Positions 50,517 through 64,000 of a stretch of DNA of 64,000 nt are shown here, piece after piece (within the stretch, counting starts at the first letter, position 1; every line of letters begins with the position of its first letter). The DNA lies in contig NW_024704743.1 in assembly GCF_018977255.1 (NCBI RefSeq), positions 23,004,001-23,068,000 of the forward strand, given 5' to 3'. The DNA is from Callorhinchus milii (taxonomy: Eukaryota). The translations under genes and the position numbers were made by a program. The notes below the pieces were generated by a model. It was not told the origin of the DNA. It did no database searches and saw only the letters and a program-made list of their open reading frames with translations.

Positions 50517-51434
50517 ACAAAGATTAATTCTTGCATTTGATATAGCACCTTTCTTGTTGGCACGGTGACTAAAAGCACTTCACAGAGTTCATTATATTGT
50601 AAAGTATAATGAAATCCCGTTTAGTGCTTTTGGACATCCTCCCAATGAATATAATGACCTTGTATTTTCTAGATGAAGACAACAGCCAATTTGCACACAG
50701 CAATGTTTCACAAACAGCCATGAAAGGAAGGACAAATTCAGGGAAACTTCTGTAGGTAATGCTGAGTGGTGAGGCTTTGTCTCTCACCCGAGATCACCTT
50801 GAAGCCGAGGTCTCATGCAGAAAAGATACTTTAAGTTGTGAGGCAGTTTATCCACGGCCAGGCCCCAGTATGGCGATTGCTTTCTTGAGGAGCAACTTGT
50901 CAGCTCTGCATCTCCCTTTTATAGTTTTAAGCACAATTTATCCCAGAAAAATATAACATTGGTTTCGGGGAAAAGGATTAATTACAGAAACTGGTGCAAA
51001 AACATCCCATTGCAATCGATGCTGGCTTATTTAGTAAACTATTAGGAGTGTTTACAGATGTTTACAGAGTGCAGAAACATTCTGCTGGTCAGAGAGCAGC
51101 TATTCCCCTCAGAATCCCAGAATCAATATAGTCATTACTTTCAGTGTTAAACATGGCACTTGTATCCATGAGGAGGAAACAAAGGATAAGACAGGAAAAG
51201 AGGGAAAACATCTTTCCTTATCCACGCTGTGTTGCAATGGCTACTCACCATCCCTACATCATTTGTTTGGTCTTATTCACAAAGGATTCTCGACGTTTGC
51301 TATGTCACTGGAGAAAATGACTGCTGGTAGAAGATGTATCACCTATGTCTAATACGATTTCATCCTAAAGAACAACCTCTGAAGAACAAATGAATGAGAC
51401 AAGTAAATTAGATTAGATTACTCAAATATTAGAA

Positions 51435-51890
51435 TACAATACAGTTGTACATTTGTATAGTGCCTTTCATGTTGGGAGATCGTCCCAAGGTGCTGAACAG
51501 TCAGGAATTTGGACCCGAGCGGTGGGATTGGGATCAAGGAAGGCAGGGAGGGTAGAAGGGTGGCCGGAGGCATGGTCAAAGATGAGGGTCTTGAGACGGG
51601 CTTGAAGGAGGCAAGGGAGGGAATGAGACGAAGGGGAGAATGAGGCAAAGGGAATGTGGGATGGAGTTGCAAAGGGTGGGGGCAGAGAGACTTGCCGATG
51701 GTGGGGCGGGCCGGGCGGGGGATGTGGAGCAGGCCGGAGCCCGTTGAATAGAGGGAGTGGACAGGATGATATGGGGTCAGCAGGTCACAGAGGAAGGCGA
51801 GGACAAGGATTTTGAACTCTATCCTCTGGGGGATGGTGAGCCAGTGGAGCCAGGCGAGGGTGGGAGTGATAGGGTCACAGAGCCTGGTGC
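51435..51890 (-). mobile_element. L2 LINE 3' fragment
   Basis: TRLCDPITPTLAWLHWLTIPQRIEFKILVL, homologous to 29740-29840. Confidence 0.9.
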
Positions 51891-54800
51891 TATACGATAA
51901 GTTATGACATGTGTTTAGATGACAGAATCTCTGAGTAAAAACTAATGGCAATCATACAGGTGCACTTTGTGTTTCTTGAGTAGAAATGACTTTTGTGTTC
52001 TTGGTACTTTGCTATCATTCCAAGACACAGACACAGACATTCCCATTGCGTACTTCCAGCAGCTGCTTCAGAAAGGAAATAAGGAACAGAGTTGCTGGGG
52101 AACTTGTAACTAATTTTAACTGGGTACAACAGTAGTTTGTAACCTCGCTTAAAATGGGAACTCGTCTTAACTCATTCATTGCTCCACACCATGGTTGACC
52201 AGGACATAAGTTGATGTGACTAAATTTGGAAGCTGGTAGCTGCAACCTGCAGCAGTGAATGGGTCAACGTGTGCCACTAATGTGTTGCGCTTGCTTTAAG
52301 GACTATGGCAGCATTCCCGCAGCTTACTGAAAACACAGCACTCCATCAGTACTGTATCATCCCTGATGTCTCCATCAATGAGACACGGGAGTATCTAAGT
52401 AAAGGTTTGGCTAGGAGGACCGCTGCGATCCCAAGACACTTGTGGGAAATGGCTTGTCATGAAATTAAAATCTCTCATATGTCCATTATAAACAGGCGGA
52501 GATTGACAGGAGACACACTGGGTGCAGTGGAAACTATTTGGAAAATTCTAATATATCAGTGTCATAGTAGTGAGAGCTCCTTGGAAGATACTATTGTCAA
52601 CAGAGGATAGATAAATAAAGCAAAGCAACACATTTACCCTTTATTCTGTGAATAACGTGCCAGACATTTCTCGGAAATGCTTTTACAATATTTGCACAGG
52701 AACTCAAATTAATATTCCCCTGAATTATATAAAAAAATGATTTTAGCATATTTCAAAAATCTAATGGGAAATTCTCTACTTAACCTTGAAACATCCTTCG
52801 TCTGCACATAATAAACTTTTCAAATGGTTGGTAAGAGTATTATACTTTCCTGTGGCTATTCAAGTTCCTTTACTTCCTGTACTTTAAGACAGGGCATGAA
52901 TTGAATCAAAGTGCATTAAGGATGCGTCACTACCCATTAGTACCAGACATATTCAGCTATAGCCTGGTTTGTCAATCTCTTATTTAAATTGGTAAAAACC
53001 AATATGAGTTGGGCTTTCCAATTTTCTCCAAGTCAAGGGAAATGATTTCCCATCATTCAACAAAAATGGCTAACTTCCCAGTTGTACAATAGCCAGCAAT
53101 GTCACTTCCTGTACATTTTTTTTTACACACAGCGCACACACAGACCAACAACTGAAACTGGAGGAATGAATGATGATAATTGTATTTCAAAGTACTTAAT
53201 TGTATTCAGTACAAGCGTTTAACTGTATTTAAACATCAGGTGCGACACCTTCTGTCACATGGATGGAGTGACGCGGAAGTTACTGGTACCAGACATTGTT
53301 ACACTCAACTCATCTGCAACAGAAAATAAAAAAAATTGTAAGAAAACAACCAGGACTTTGTGAATACCCTGTACACTGCTGATAGGACTATGCACATGAA
53401 GTGTGGTTCCAGGAGCTGCCTTTACAGAGTGCAAACAGTGTAGCAATGTATTCAGGAGGAAAATGTATGCACATCATGTGAGAACAGGATTGGACTTGGG
53501 TCTAATATTCCACACTGTTACATAGTCCAGTCACAAACTCCAGTACAAACAACATAGGCTATCATGTGATGAATACCCACTCGGGCAAAATATGTTTTAT
53601 GCCTTTGAGGTTGAGGAAAGGTGCTTTTTGGGAAAAGCATAAAAACCGTTGTCCTGCAAATACTTCACTCATTAAAATGACAAACCAGAGCTATCCTGGT
53701 ACAGCACCCGTGGTCACAGGAACCGAGGTTCACCTCCTGTCCACATTTAGTAGCTGCAGTGAGATCACAGAGAAAAAGATTGAGAAAACATAAAGAGAAT
53801 TTTAAGTTTTTAATCATTAAGAAGTAAAATACAGGGAAACATACATGAAGGAGAAGGGGATACAATGGATTACGAAGGGTGGGAGTTCTTGTGGAGTATA
53901 AAGACTGATGTGGACTAGATGTGACTAGAATGGCCATTTCCATGTTGTAATGTGTTATAAAATTCCAAGTAATACTTTTGTGCCTAATTTAGAATGTCCC
54001 ATTAGAGGAAATCTCCCTAGTCCTCTATGGAAGTGGCAATTGGAGGGGATAACATTGAGCAATGAGGCATGTAACCAATATAATTTTGCTAGTATTCATA
54101 GGAATCACATATGGAATTGAAAGCAAAATCCAATGCAAAACGTGTTCATGGATGGTTACAATTCTTGCATTTGATGTAGCACCTTACCATATTGAGACAT
54201 CTCAATGCACTTCACAGTTTTTTTTACTGTAAAATGCAGTGATCACTGTATAAGTGATCATAGCAGCCAATCTGTGACCAATTTTACCTGAAGATTGTTA
54301 GTCAGGCCCGGCTTTATTCCAAAGTACCTCATGATCTTAGCTTTAGGATTGTCCAAAAATTTGAGATCATGTAAAATGTTTAGAAAATTCTTAAATTCAG
54401 TCTTAAAACTGAAACGTTTTTCTATGGTTCTTAAAAAAAGCTTGCAAGAAAAATTGAGCTGTGACACCATGAACAGTGGTTAAAGTTAATTAAACCTAAC
54501 TCATTAATATTAATTCAGTATAGGTTCTCTGTAATGATGCCAAAACTGTAAGTGTTTTTTTCTGGACATTTGTGTACTTTCTGTTGGTGCTAATGCTTGT
54601 CAAAACTAAATTTAACTCCACATCCGTCTGTCGAAGTCTTGAAATAATTTTGTTCAAAACAAAATTTCATCTCACCTGCATGAGTATTCTGTGTACTTGT
54701 TCAATGCCCAAGGTATGTTTGGTTTGGTCACAGGAGGGATTTGTTAGATGTTGCTTTTTTGCTTCTTTTATTGTTCTTAATTGTTTTAATTTTCTTAAAT

Positions 54801-55349
54801 TTATCACCTTTCCTTATACTTACAGTATAAAATGGAAAACGGAAGAGTTCCATAAATGTCCAATGCTTGCTGCAGAGTGTGAAATAATTAGCACCACGTT
54901 CATTAACAAAACCAACTTCCTGACAATGAGGGCTTCTCTGGCTCCTCCACAATTGAATCCCAAATCATTGATCAGACTGAAACAAGTTTGTTTTTGCTTC
55001 AGGCCTACAAGTGCATAGTCCCTGCATTATCAATGAATCATGTGAAGCACTTTGAAACATTTTGATGATGTGACTCCCAACCCCCACCTCAGATCCAAAT
55101 ACCTGACTGTCCAATACCCTGGGACGTCCTCCTTACATGAAAAGCGCTATACAAATGTAATTTGTTGTTGTTGCTGTTGTGATCGGGAACTATATCAAAT
55201 GCAAGAGTTAATATTTTACATCATTAGATTCAGATGAAGCCTTTCAACCAATTTGATCTAATACTTCCAGAATACCCCAGCTCATACTTTTCCCACTTTA
55301 GCATTAACCAGTTTCTTAAATATTGTATAGATATTGAATCTTATAGCAC

Positions 55350-55825
55350 TGGAGAGAGCACAGTGTAGAATTACAAGGATGTTATCAGGAATGAGTAGAT
55401 ACAGCTGTCAAGAAAGATTGGACAGGCTGCAGCTTTTCTCTCTGGAGATGAGATTATTGAGCAGACCTGATAGAGGTGTTTAAGATAAGGAAAGGATTTG
55501 ATAAGGTAGATGTTGACAGGCTGTTTCCACTGGTTGCTGAGTCCATAACCAGAGGGCATGAATCTAAGATAGCTAGACATACAATAGGGAGTTCAGAAGG
55601 AACCTCTTCAACTAAAGAGTGGTGAGAATGTGGAACTCACTGCTGGAAGCTGTGGTTGAAGCAAATAGCATGCTTGTATTTAACATTGACCTGAATGCTG
55701 ACTTGAGGGCAAAGGGAATAGAGGAGTATAGGAGAAGGGAACAGGAGGTGCGGAGGATCCTGCAGGGTATAAGTACTGGACTGAATGGAGTCTTTCCATG
55801 CCTTATCACTCTACTGAATATGTAA
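55350..55825 (+). mobile_element. Degraded CR1 LINE 3' fragment
   Basis: GACCTGATAGAGGTGTTTAAGAT, ACCAGAGGGCAT, RVVRMWNSLLEAVVEA. Confidence 0.82.
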
Positions 55826-57559
55826 AAGAATATATAATTTTCAAAGGGAGATTCTTCAAAGAAGCATAAATCCAGGCTATGTGAATGGGTATTATGGAGA
55901 ATGGTCTGATGGTCCACCCACTGGGAAAGATGGTACCTTCATAAAAGCTTATCCCTCCAACTGTAAAGCAATTAACAGTACAAGTTCTGGAGTCAAGTAT
56001 AAGTTCACATTGGACAATTCTGAAACTTTTCCTTTAGAAGCTCCCTCCCCAAGTCACACTTCTCAAGTGTCTGTGAAAGAAGCCACATGGCTCAAGCCAA
56101 CACATGGCAAGGAAGTGGTGATAACAAAGAGCATCACACCCTCCAAATGAAACTTCTTTTCCTTTTGTTAGTGCGAGAAAGTCAGTACACTATGGGACTG
56201 AAAACAAATGATATGGTATTCTTGTACATGGCACTTTTGATCCTGATGTGACCGTTTTCTATACTGCACCAGGAGAAATTTATCTCCCCTAATCTATTAT
56301 CTTCCAAAAGCATTGGATTATTATAATTATTAAGAAATAAAATGAAAATTAATATTTTAAAGAACCTTGAAATGGTAATTTGGTTGCTTTAGTGAAATGT
56401 GCTTTTATTATTGTTTATTGGGGTCTAAAATTATGCATTTTCTAATGGGAATCTTTAGTTTAGGAATAGGGGATTACATTAACCTAATGCACAGGAATTT
56501 GCCCTGAAGAGATCTATTCTCATCGCAAGATCACAAGATTGGTTTGGATGAAGATGGCCCTTCACCAATTGATCTCGTCCTCCTGGAATGCCCACTCTCG
56601 TGTACTACCATCACAGTATCAAGCTGAAATAGTTCAATGTCCTGGCCTCAATCACCCTCCCTGGCAATCTGTTTCAGTCTGTAATTACCCTTTGGTGAAA
56701 GAAACATTTTCTGGTATCTATCGAAATTGGCCTTTGCAACACTAATGTTATGTCTTCTGTGTGGATCCTAAAGTATTGTTCTGGGTTTACTTCTTTAGTA
56801 TCATTTGAAATGTTATATATCGCTAATAACATTCCCTATGAGATGTCTTCTCTCAAGACTGACTGAGATCCCATTATTCAGTGTGACATATGTGATAAAT
56901 ATCTAGTTATCAGAAGGCATTCCCACTCCTTATTTCAGATATCCCTTTTGAAATTGCTGTATTTTAGATCCCAATAAAATTGTAACAATGACAATACAAC
57001 TTCAATGCTGCAGCCTCAGCTTCCACATAGTTGATGTCTTATATTCAGCTCAATGCAAATTGGGCTGAGTATAAGACTAACATGTACAGAAGGAGGTTTT
57101 AAAAAATACATTAAGGGAGTCCAGAGAGAATTGGAAAAGGACATGGGAGCAGGTGCAAAACATACTGCCCAAATTTCTTCTAATAATATAACATTGGAAC
57201 AGATGGTCAGAAGATAGCAAATACTGTATATTATTTGACAACATCCTGAAGTTTTTTTTTACCAGGGTTGACTAAAAAACATGCTAATATCTAATGCATA
57301 TCATGTTAACTCTCAGACACTGAAATTAATGAGACAGAGCGTGACAGGGGTTGAAAACCAACACAAACCTTGGACAGATGAGAGACAAGACAAGAGATTT
57401 GTGAAACACTGACATATTTTGAGGAAATTAATTAATACTGGAGAGGTTCTGACAGACTGGAAACAAACAAATATGCTTCCTGTATTAGAAAAGGGTGTCA
57501 GAGGTATACCTAGCAACTATTGATTCATTAGTCTGACCTCAATAATTATGCAATGATTG

Positions 57560-57880
57560 AAATAATAATAATAATCCTAATATTTGATTTCATGCATTAT
57601 CAGGTGATCAAAACATCTCAAAGCACTTCACAGGATTTTACCATAAAGTGTAATGACTGTGTATTTCAGGCAAATCCAACAACTAATTTTACACCAAGTA
57701 ACATTCCATAAACAGGCATGAAGATCAATGTTATCAGGAGGTTTATTGGCCGGGACACTGGGAGAAATTCCCTTCTCTTTTAAAATAGTGCCATAGGTTC
57801 TTTAATGTCCACATGAACAGGCAGACAAGATCTCAGTTTAATGTTTCATTTGATGGATGGCACCTCAGTCAATGAAGCAT
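57560..57880 (-). mobile_element. Deu-domain SINE fragment
   Basis: Revcomp GGTGCCATCCATCAAATGAAACATTAAACTGAG and tail. Confidence 0.72.
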
Positions 57881-58216
57881 CAGGTAATTTCTGAGAGTCT
57901 ATCAGATATAATCAGAGTCATGACACAATTAAAATATGATAGAGGTGGATAACATAATTGTACTATATATCTGCCGGGCTTCTTGGATGCTGATGTTGAA
58001 AACATATTAAAAATCATTGTTTCCCTGAGTGCTGAAAATCTCACATTATAATTCTCATTATTTTTCACATTTGCATTTCACACCTTATGGCAACATCTAT
58101 GGTATAAGAACACATTTTTTTTCCTGTAAATCACTTGTTGAGGAAAATGTGTCTATAATTTCTTGTTTCTGTATTTTAGATCATTTGGGACTGTTAACAT
58201 CTGAAGTTGTAAACTA

Positions 58217-58880
58217 TAGAATCATAGAATCTTACAGCACGGAGGGAGGCCAATTCAGTTCAGTGTGTCTGCACTGGCTGTTTGAAAGAGCTGTCCAACT
58301 TGTCCCATTCCCCCATTCTTACCCAATAGACCTGCAAATGTTTTCCTTTTCAAGTACCTATCCAATACCCTTTTGAAACCTATTATCGAATCTGCTTCCA
58401 CCACCCTTTCAGGCAGTGCCTTCCAGACCGCAACAACTCTCTGGGTAAAAAATCTTCTTGTCTCTCCTCTGGTTCTTTTGCCAATTATCTTAAATCTGTG
58501 TCCTTTGGTTACCAACCCATCTGCCAGAGGAAACAGTTTCTCCCTATGTACTCTATCAAAACTCCTCATAATTTTGAACACCTCTATTAAATCTCCCCTC
58601 AACCTTCTAAGCTCTAAGGAGAACAATCCCAGCCCCTCTAATATCTCCACATATTTGAAATCCCTCATCCCTGGTATCATACTTGTAAATCTCCTCTGCA
58701 CCCTCTCCAAGACCTTGATATCCTTCCTAAAGTTTGGTGCCCAGAATTGGACACAATACTCCAGCCGAGGCCTAACCAGCGATTTATAATGGTTTAATAT
58801 AACTTCCATGCATTTGTACTCTATACTTCTATTTGTAAAGCCAAGAATCATATATGCTTTTTTAATAGCTTTATAAACTT
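58217..58880 (-). mobile_element. CR1 LINE 3' fragment
   Basis: LVRPRLEYCVQFWAP, LERVQRRFT, RRLRGDLIEVFK and FFTQRVV; (ATTCTATG)-type tail at 58217-58232. Confidence 0.95.
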
Positions 58881-60359
58881 GTATTGATATTTTTCCAGTG
58901 CAATACTTGCTTATTTGTAACTATCACATAATTTGTGATTATTTTTTATAAAGTTTAAGAAAAATGTTCAATTAATAAATTAATATTTCTCATGCATTGT
59001 AGAGGGAGGTGCTGTTTTTAAAATCTGAGATTGACATTGCACCATATTTATGTGTTTCCTTTGGGGCATTAAGAATTGATGCATTAAATAGCACCATGTA
59101 CAATAAAGTACCAGCTTGTACTTTGTGCTGCAGATATGCAAGATTGTACTGTGATAGATGATCTGTAGTACTCTGGTTACAACCACCATTGGCTGATTTG
59201 CTGAGCAGGTAACAAACACTATCGTTAATGTACAATGTAGGATTATCTCATGTAAAATGCCCTGAAACATCTGCATTGGCCCATTAGTAGCTCCAAATTC
59301 TGATATCTGTTTTAATAGTATGGATAACAAGCTTTGTGTCATTAATAACCATAATTGTTGCTCTGTTTTGTAAGATCTTACAGTTCTGTTAGTTCCAGTA
59401 CTTCCAAAACACTTTGATATAATACAACAATTTATTTTTGATCAGCTGGGTGTCTGACACATGCGGAAACTCATTACCATACTTAAGAGTATCCAAACCA
59501 AACTGAAAATTCCATGCATCTCTATCTAAACCTATTAAACATTATCCTCTGCCACCTTCAAAATATTGTTTGTAAGTGGTACCTGGTAAGTAATTGTGTT
59601 AGATATAAAATCACTGCAGACTGTATTGACTGAAAGCTAGTCTCATTTCATAAGTGAAGGGCAGTTCGGCTATCAGTGTACCCACATGAGGGTTAAAGCA
59701 AAAGGCTTTGTCATACGCATTATTTCATTGATTTTCAGTTCATTGTGCCTGAGAATGATTGAGCAGCATTCATAAGGTTCCTGTAATACAATATGAAATT
59801 AAAGATTTAGCTCAATCTAGCAACTTTATTTTTCATTAAACATCCTATCCTCGAAGCCAAGACAAACCACGACTATACTTGTAACACAAATGTATGGGGT
59901 ATTTTCAATGGGTTATTTTTAAGCTGGTGCAAATCATATTACATGTTGTCAGGACATTTTGCTACCCATATTATGATGTGGAATTTAATATTGTTACTGG
60001 TCAATAAAAAGCATGTGGCATAAATATAATAATCAATGAAAAAATTCCTATTCATGTCATATGCAAACTATTCTCTAACTATTCTTTTTTGATATTCAAG
60101 GTTACACCTCACTGTGAAGTTAATTCAATCACATCAGAGTGAATAAATGCTACTGAGGCTATGTCGATGGCAGTACAATGCTTGTGACCTGTAAATTCAA
60201 TGAAAACAGCTCAGGACCACCGCAGGGTGCCTTAATGACACAATAAAGGACGCAGCATGACACAGAGCGCTGTTCTAAATGACTCGCTTATTTGGTAATA
60301 ATAATACCAAGTTGCTTACTCGCTAATAATAATACCAAATATTTGGTAATAATACCAAA

Positions 60360-60595
60360 TAATAATACCTTAGATTTGGTATAGTTCCTTATTATTAGCA
60401 TTATTATTGTTATTTTTTTTTGGAAGACTTATTCCCCCTGGAAAAGCGATCTGCTAATCTAATAACAACTGGGTTCCTACTTAGTGCTAGATAAACAAAG
60501 GCGTAAGGAAACTTGCCCAACATTTCACCCTGCCCAGAATTGAACCCAGGTCTCTCATTTGCAAGGCAAATGCTCTAACCACTGAGCTACTGGAC
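60360..60595 (-). mobile_element. tRNA-derived SINE, long form, internally deleted
   Basis: Head, TTGGGCAAGTTTCCTTAC and CTAAGTAGGAACCCAGTTG segments. Confidence 0.8.
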
Positions 60596-60629
60596 ATATA
60601 CTGGAAAGTGTTTTGTAGGTGAACATGTT

Positions 60630-60990
60630 TTTTCATCTGAGTTTCAAGGTTACGGGTTCAAGCCCCATTTCGGGACTTTCAATTCTACTCTAGGCAGACA
60701 CTCCAGTGCAGTGCTCAGGGTTTATTGTATTGTGCTGTCAGAAGCATTCATTCAGATTACTTGAATATGAATCAGATTATTTCCTGAATGGGACGTTAAA
60801 CTGATATTCCATGAACTGAGATCTGCTTCTTCAGGTGGATGATAAAGATGCCATGGCAATATTCAAAAAAAATACCGTCAGTGGGAAGGAGCAGGGAATT
60901 TCTTCAAGTATCCTGGCCAACAATTCCCGAGATAAAACTAATCATTCACTTCATGGGTGTTTGTGGGACATTGCGCTTCATGAAATGGTT
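60630..60990 (+). mobile_element. Deu-domain SINE fragment
   Basis: GGGTTCAAGCCCC B box, GACACTCCAGTGCAGTGCT, GACGTTAAACTGA and CAGGTGGATGATAAAGATGCCATGGC. Confidence 0.75.
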
Positions 60991-61547
60991 GCATTACACT
61001 GGTGCGGTGGCCTTCGGGCCACTTTTGGGGCATCAAGAAATGTCCAGCTGAACACCCACACCAATCCCAGCAAATCTACGGCAAATCAATACCTTTTTTC
61101 CAGTATCTGCTGAACCCTGATACCCAGGGCGCAGCCGTCAATGAAGAAAAAGGTTGGCCACCGCAGCTCTTGCCAAACACAAGAGTATTTATTGTATCGG
61201 AGCTGCAGCTCTACAAACAGTCACCACCAGACTGCACTATGCTACAGTTCATTTGAAGGAATTGGCTGAAGGAATGATAATAAATCAGATTATTTCTTGA
61301 AGCAAGAATATGCCGTAATGTACAGTGAACATTACGAATATTCAATCAGACAATGCCCTTAAGTCAATGCAGTGTTGCACACTGACCCTAATTAGACATG
61401 TCACTGAAAGCTATTGGGAGCAGCAGCAGTGTTATTCTCCCAACTCAGAGCTTTTCATTTCTTCTGTGAATGAAATTTTATCCGAGTTTACCTGGGCAGT
61501 CCTTCTCTTTTGAATGGATGCGAGCTTGATATAGAATCACAGCTAGT

Positions 61548-61858
61548 CTCAGCCTCTAGGCTCTGGAACTCTATCCCCCAGTGCCTTCGCCTTGCCTCCT
61601 CCCTTTCCTCCTTCAAGGCCGGTCTCAAAACCTTTCTCTTTGACCGAGCCTTCAGCTCCCCTCTCGACTCTCTTCCCCCTTCTCACTCCCTCCCATCCCT
61701 CCCCTCACCCTGACCATTTCCCCCCTCCTCGCTCCCTCCCCTCCCCTCACCCTCACCATTTCCCCCCTGCTCGGGTCATGACCCAACTGTGCAGCGCCTC
61801 GGGACGTCCTCCTGACGTGAAAGGCCCTTTATAAATGGAATCTTGTTGTTGTTGTTGT
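61548..61858 (+). mobile_element. L2 LINE 3' end with a ~50-bp internal tandem duplication
   Basis: LWNSIPQCLRL...FKAGLKTFLFDRAF; CCCCTCACCCTxACCATTTCCCCCCTxCTCG occurs twice; tail GGGACGTCCTCCTGACGTGAAAGGC...(TTG)n. Confidence 0.9.
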
Positions 61859-62362
61859 AGTCAAATAACTATTTATCTGACAATCCCATCTTAAGTAATG
61901 GTCCTGTTCTCAAGTATTTAGATCGCCCTCGGATTGTTACGAGAGGCATAAAAAAATTCCCAATCTGTTGTTCAAATTGGCTTAAAATGTCAGCTTTCCA
62001 AGACTCTACCCCGCTTGAAGGGTGTTATATAAATGCAAATGGTTGTTCATATTTTGAGTGTACGGGACATTGTTCTGATTTGCTCTTGAACAGATACAGT
62101 TCTATCTCAACTTTATATGTGATTTCAATCTACTCAACATGCAGATTATCACATTCTTACTGTATTTGGTAAAATATTTTATTCTTTCCTCCCTGATTCT
62201 AAGATCATCCTGTCCTGTGCACCATGCCCTGAGCAATGCTTTAGGCAGGGAACCAGTTTCAAACTCTCTCACAATCCTTATCTGTGACTGGCCACTAGGA
62301 GCAGAAGATGGAGAACAGAAGGTGAAGTTCCACTCCAAGGTTCACTCCCTCCCTATAGGTAA

Positions 62363-62560
62363 TCATAGAATCATAGAATTATAAAGCACAGAAGGAGGCC
62401 ATTTGACCCATCGTGTCTGTGCAGGCTCTTTGAAAAGAACTATCCATTTCAATCCCACTCTCCTGCACTCTCCCCATAGCCCTGCAAACTTTTTCTCCAC
62501 AAATAATTATCTACTTCTCTCTTAAAAGCTGTTATCGAATCAACTTCCACCACCCTTTCA
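62363..62560 (-). mobile_element. CR1 LINE 3' end
   Basis: CATAGAATCATAGAA tail; parallels 58217-58410. Confidence 0.8.
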
Positions 62561-62961
62561 AGCAATCACTTGACTTTCTACTCATCCTACCTCTGTGACC
62601 TCCTTCAACTCAGCCGCTTCCTTTGTTTAATATTAATACCAATATTAACAGTATTGTTAAATGCCTTTAACAATAGCTTGCATTTCTGCAGCACCCTATA
62701 TCTGAAGTGCTTCACATAGTTGGTGCTGTACACTATGTAGGGGCTGGGTGGGAAGGAGGGAGGTGACTCTAGACATGGTCAAAGTGGAAGGTTATTAGGT
62801 TTTGAAGACACAGAGAGAAAGAGGGGCAGAGGGAGAGAGTTCCATAACGTGCGGGCATGGTGGGTGATGGCTCACCTGCCGACGGTGGGGCAGAGGGACT
62901 GGGGACACACAGCAAATGTGAGTTTGGTGAGCAAAGGGGAAAAGTAGAAATGTGAGGTTAG

Positions 62962-64000
62962 ACCATAAAACCATAAGACATAGGAGCAGGAGTAGACCAT
63001 TCAGCCGCTCGAGCCTGCCCTGCCATTTAATATAATGGCTGATCTTCTAACCTAATTCCATTTACCCGCCCTATCCCCATATCCCTTAATCCCTCTATCC
63101 TTTAGAAATCTATCAACCTCAATCTTGAATATGTTCAAGGACTGAGCATCCACAGCCTTCTGGGGTAGAGAATTCCACAAATTCACTATCCTCTGAGTGA
63201 AGAAATGTTTCCTCAACTCAGTTCGCAAAGGCTGACCCTTAATCTTGAGACTATGAATCCTAGTTTTAGATTCTCCAACCAGGGGAAACAGTCTCACGCC
63301 ATCTACCCTGTCAAGACCCTTAAGAATCTTATAAGTTTCTATAAGATCACCTCTAATTCTTCTATGTTCTAAAGAACATAGGCCTAGTTTACTCAACCTA
63401 TCCTCATAGGTTAACCCCCTCATCCCAGGAACCAACCTAGTGAATCTACGCTGCACTAAGGCGCGAATATCCTTTCTTAAATAAGGAGACCAAAGATGCA
63501 CACAATATTCTAGGTGCAGTCTCACCAAGGCCTTATACAACTGCAGCAAGCCTTCCCTACTCTTGTACTCTAACCCTTGTGCAAAGAATGCCAACATGGC
63601 ATTAGCCTTCCTAGTTGCTTGCAGTACCTGTATACTAACTTTTTGTGACTGGTGTAAAAGGACACCAAAATCCCTCTGAACAGTAACGCTGCCTACTCTC
63701 TCCCCCTCTAGAAAATAATTCGCTTTTCTATTTTTACTACCTAGGTGAATAACTTCACACTTCCCCACGTTATACTCCATCTGCCACCTTCTTGTCCACT
63801 CACCTAGCCTGTCTGTTTCCCTTTGCATTTTTTGTGTGTCATCCTCAAAGCTTACTCTCCCACCTATCTTCATATCGTCCGCAAATTTAGATGTATTAAG
63901 TTCTATTTCCTCATCTAAATCATTGATATATAGACTGTAAACAATGGAGGCCCAAGCACTGATCCTTGTGGCACTCCACTAGTCATATCCTGCCAACCTG
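62962..64000 (-). mobile_element. CR1 LINE RT/C-terminal portion, running off the window end
   Basis: SGVPQGSVLGP, KFADD (~63874-63888), WQMEYNVGKC, LEYCVHLWSP, RIRGDLIETYKI and FFTQRIVNLWNSLP (ORF 63052-63873). Confidence 0.96.

Noticed and set aside
54572..55018. 148-aa hydrophobic ORF
   Set aside because: T-rich compositional artefact with no recognisable domain.
59360..59400. Faint resemblance to an ABCA13 N-terminal exon (ABCA13 follows UPP1 in human)
   Set aside because: It needs several frameshifts within 40 nt, the flanks do not match, and no ABC-transporter motifs occur in the window.

Overview
Vertebrate genomic DNA. The repeat content (Deu-domain SINEs, tRNA-headed SINEs with L2-type tails, L2 and CR1 LINEs, Penelope-type termini) suggests a cartilaginous fish; this is an inference. 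The only supportable protein-coding gene is a + strand uridine phosphorylase, most like UPP1. It has six GT-AG coding exons (4893-5007, 5105-5263, 6439-6553, 12029-12238, 14852-14998, 18079-18248) encoding 304 aa up to TAA; the first coding exon is not firmly identified. The remaining ~45 kb has no recognisable gene and is dense in retroelement debris, with a few repeat-free blocks that may be regulatory. Notable structures: (i) the UPP1 intron at 5264-6438 is built from tandem copies of its own 5' splice site and is split by a hAT non-autonomous element with a perfect 8-bp TSD; (ii) a modular tRNA-Ala SINE family with an older long form and a young, internally deleted form whose 3' tail matches the local L2 LINE; (iii) a frameshifted Helitron RepHel remnant, a Gypsy integrase remnant and a decayed Penelope-type hammerhead ribozyme motif; (iv) several templated-insertion or inverted-repeat scars. 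I found no convincing novel multi-gene system. Repeat boundaries are approximate unless junctions are stated, and family names come from recalled consensus similarity rather than database searches.
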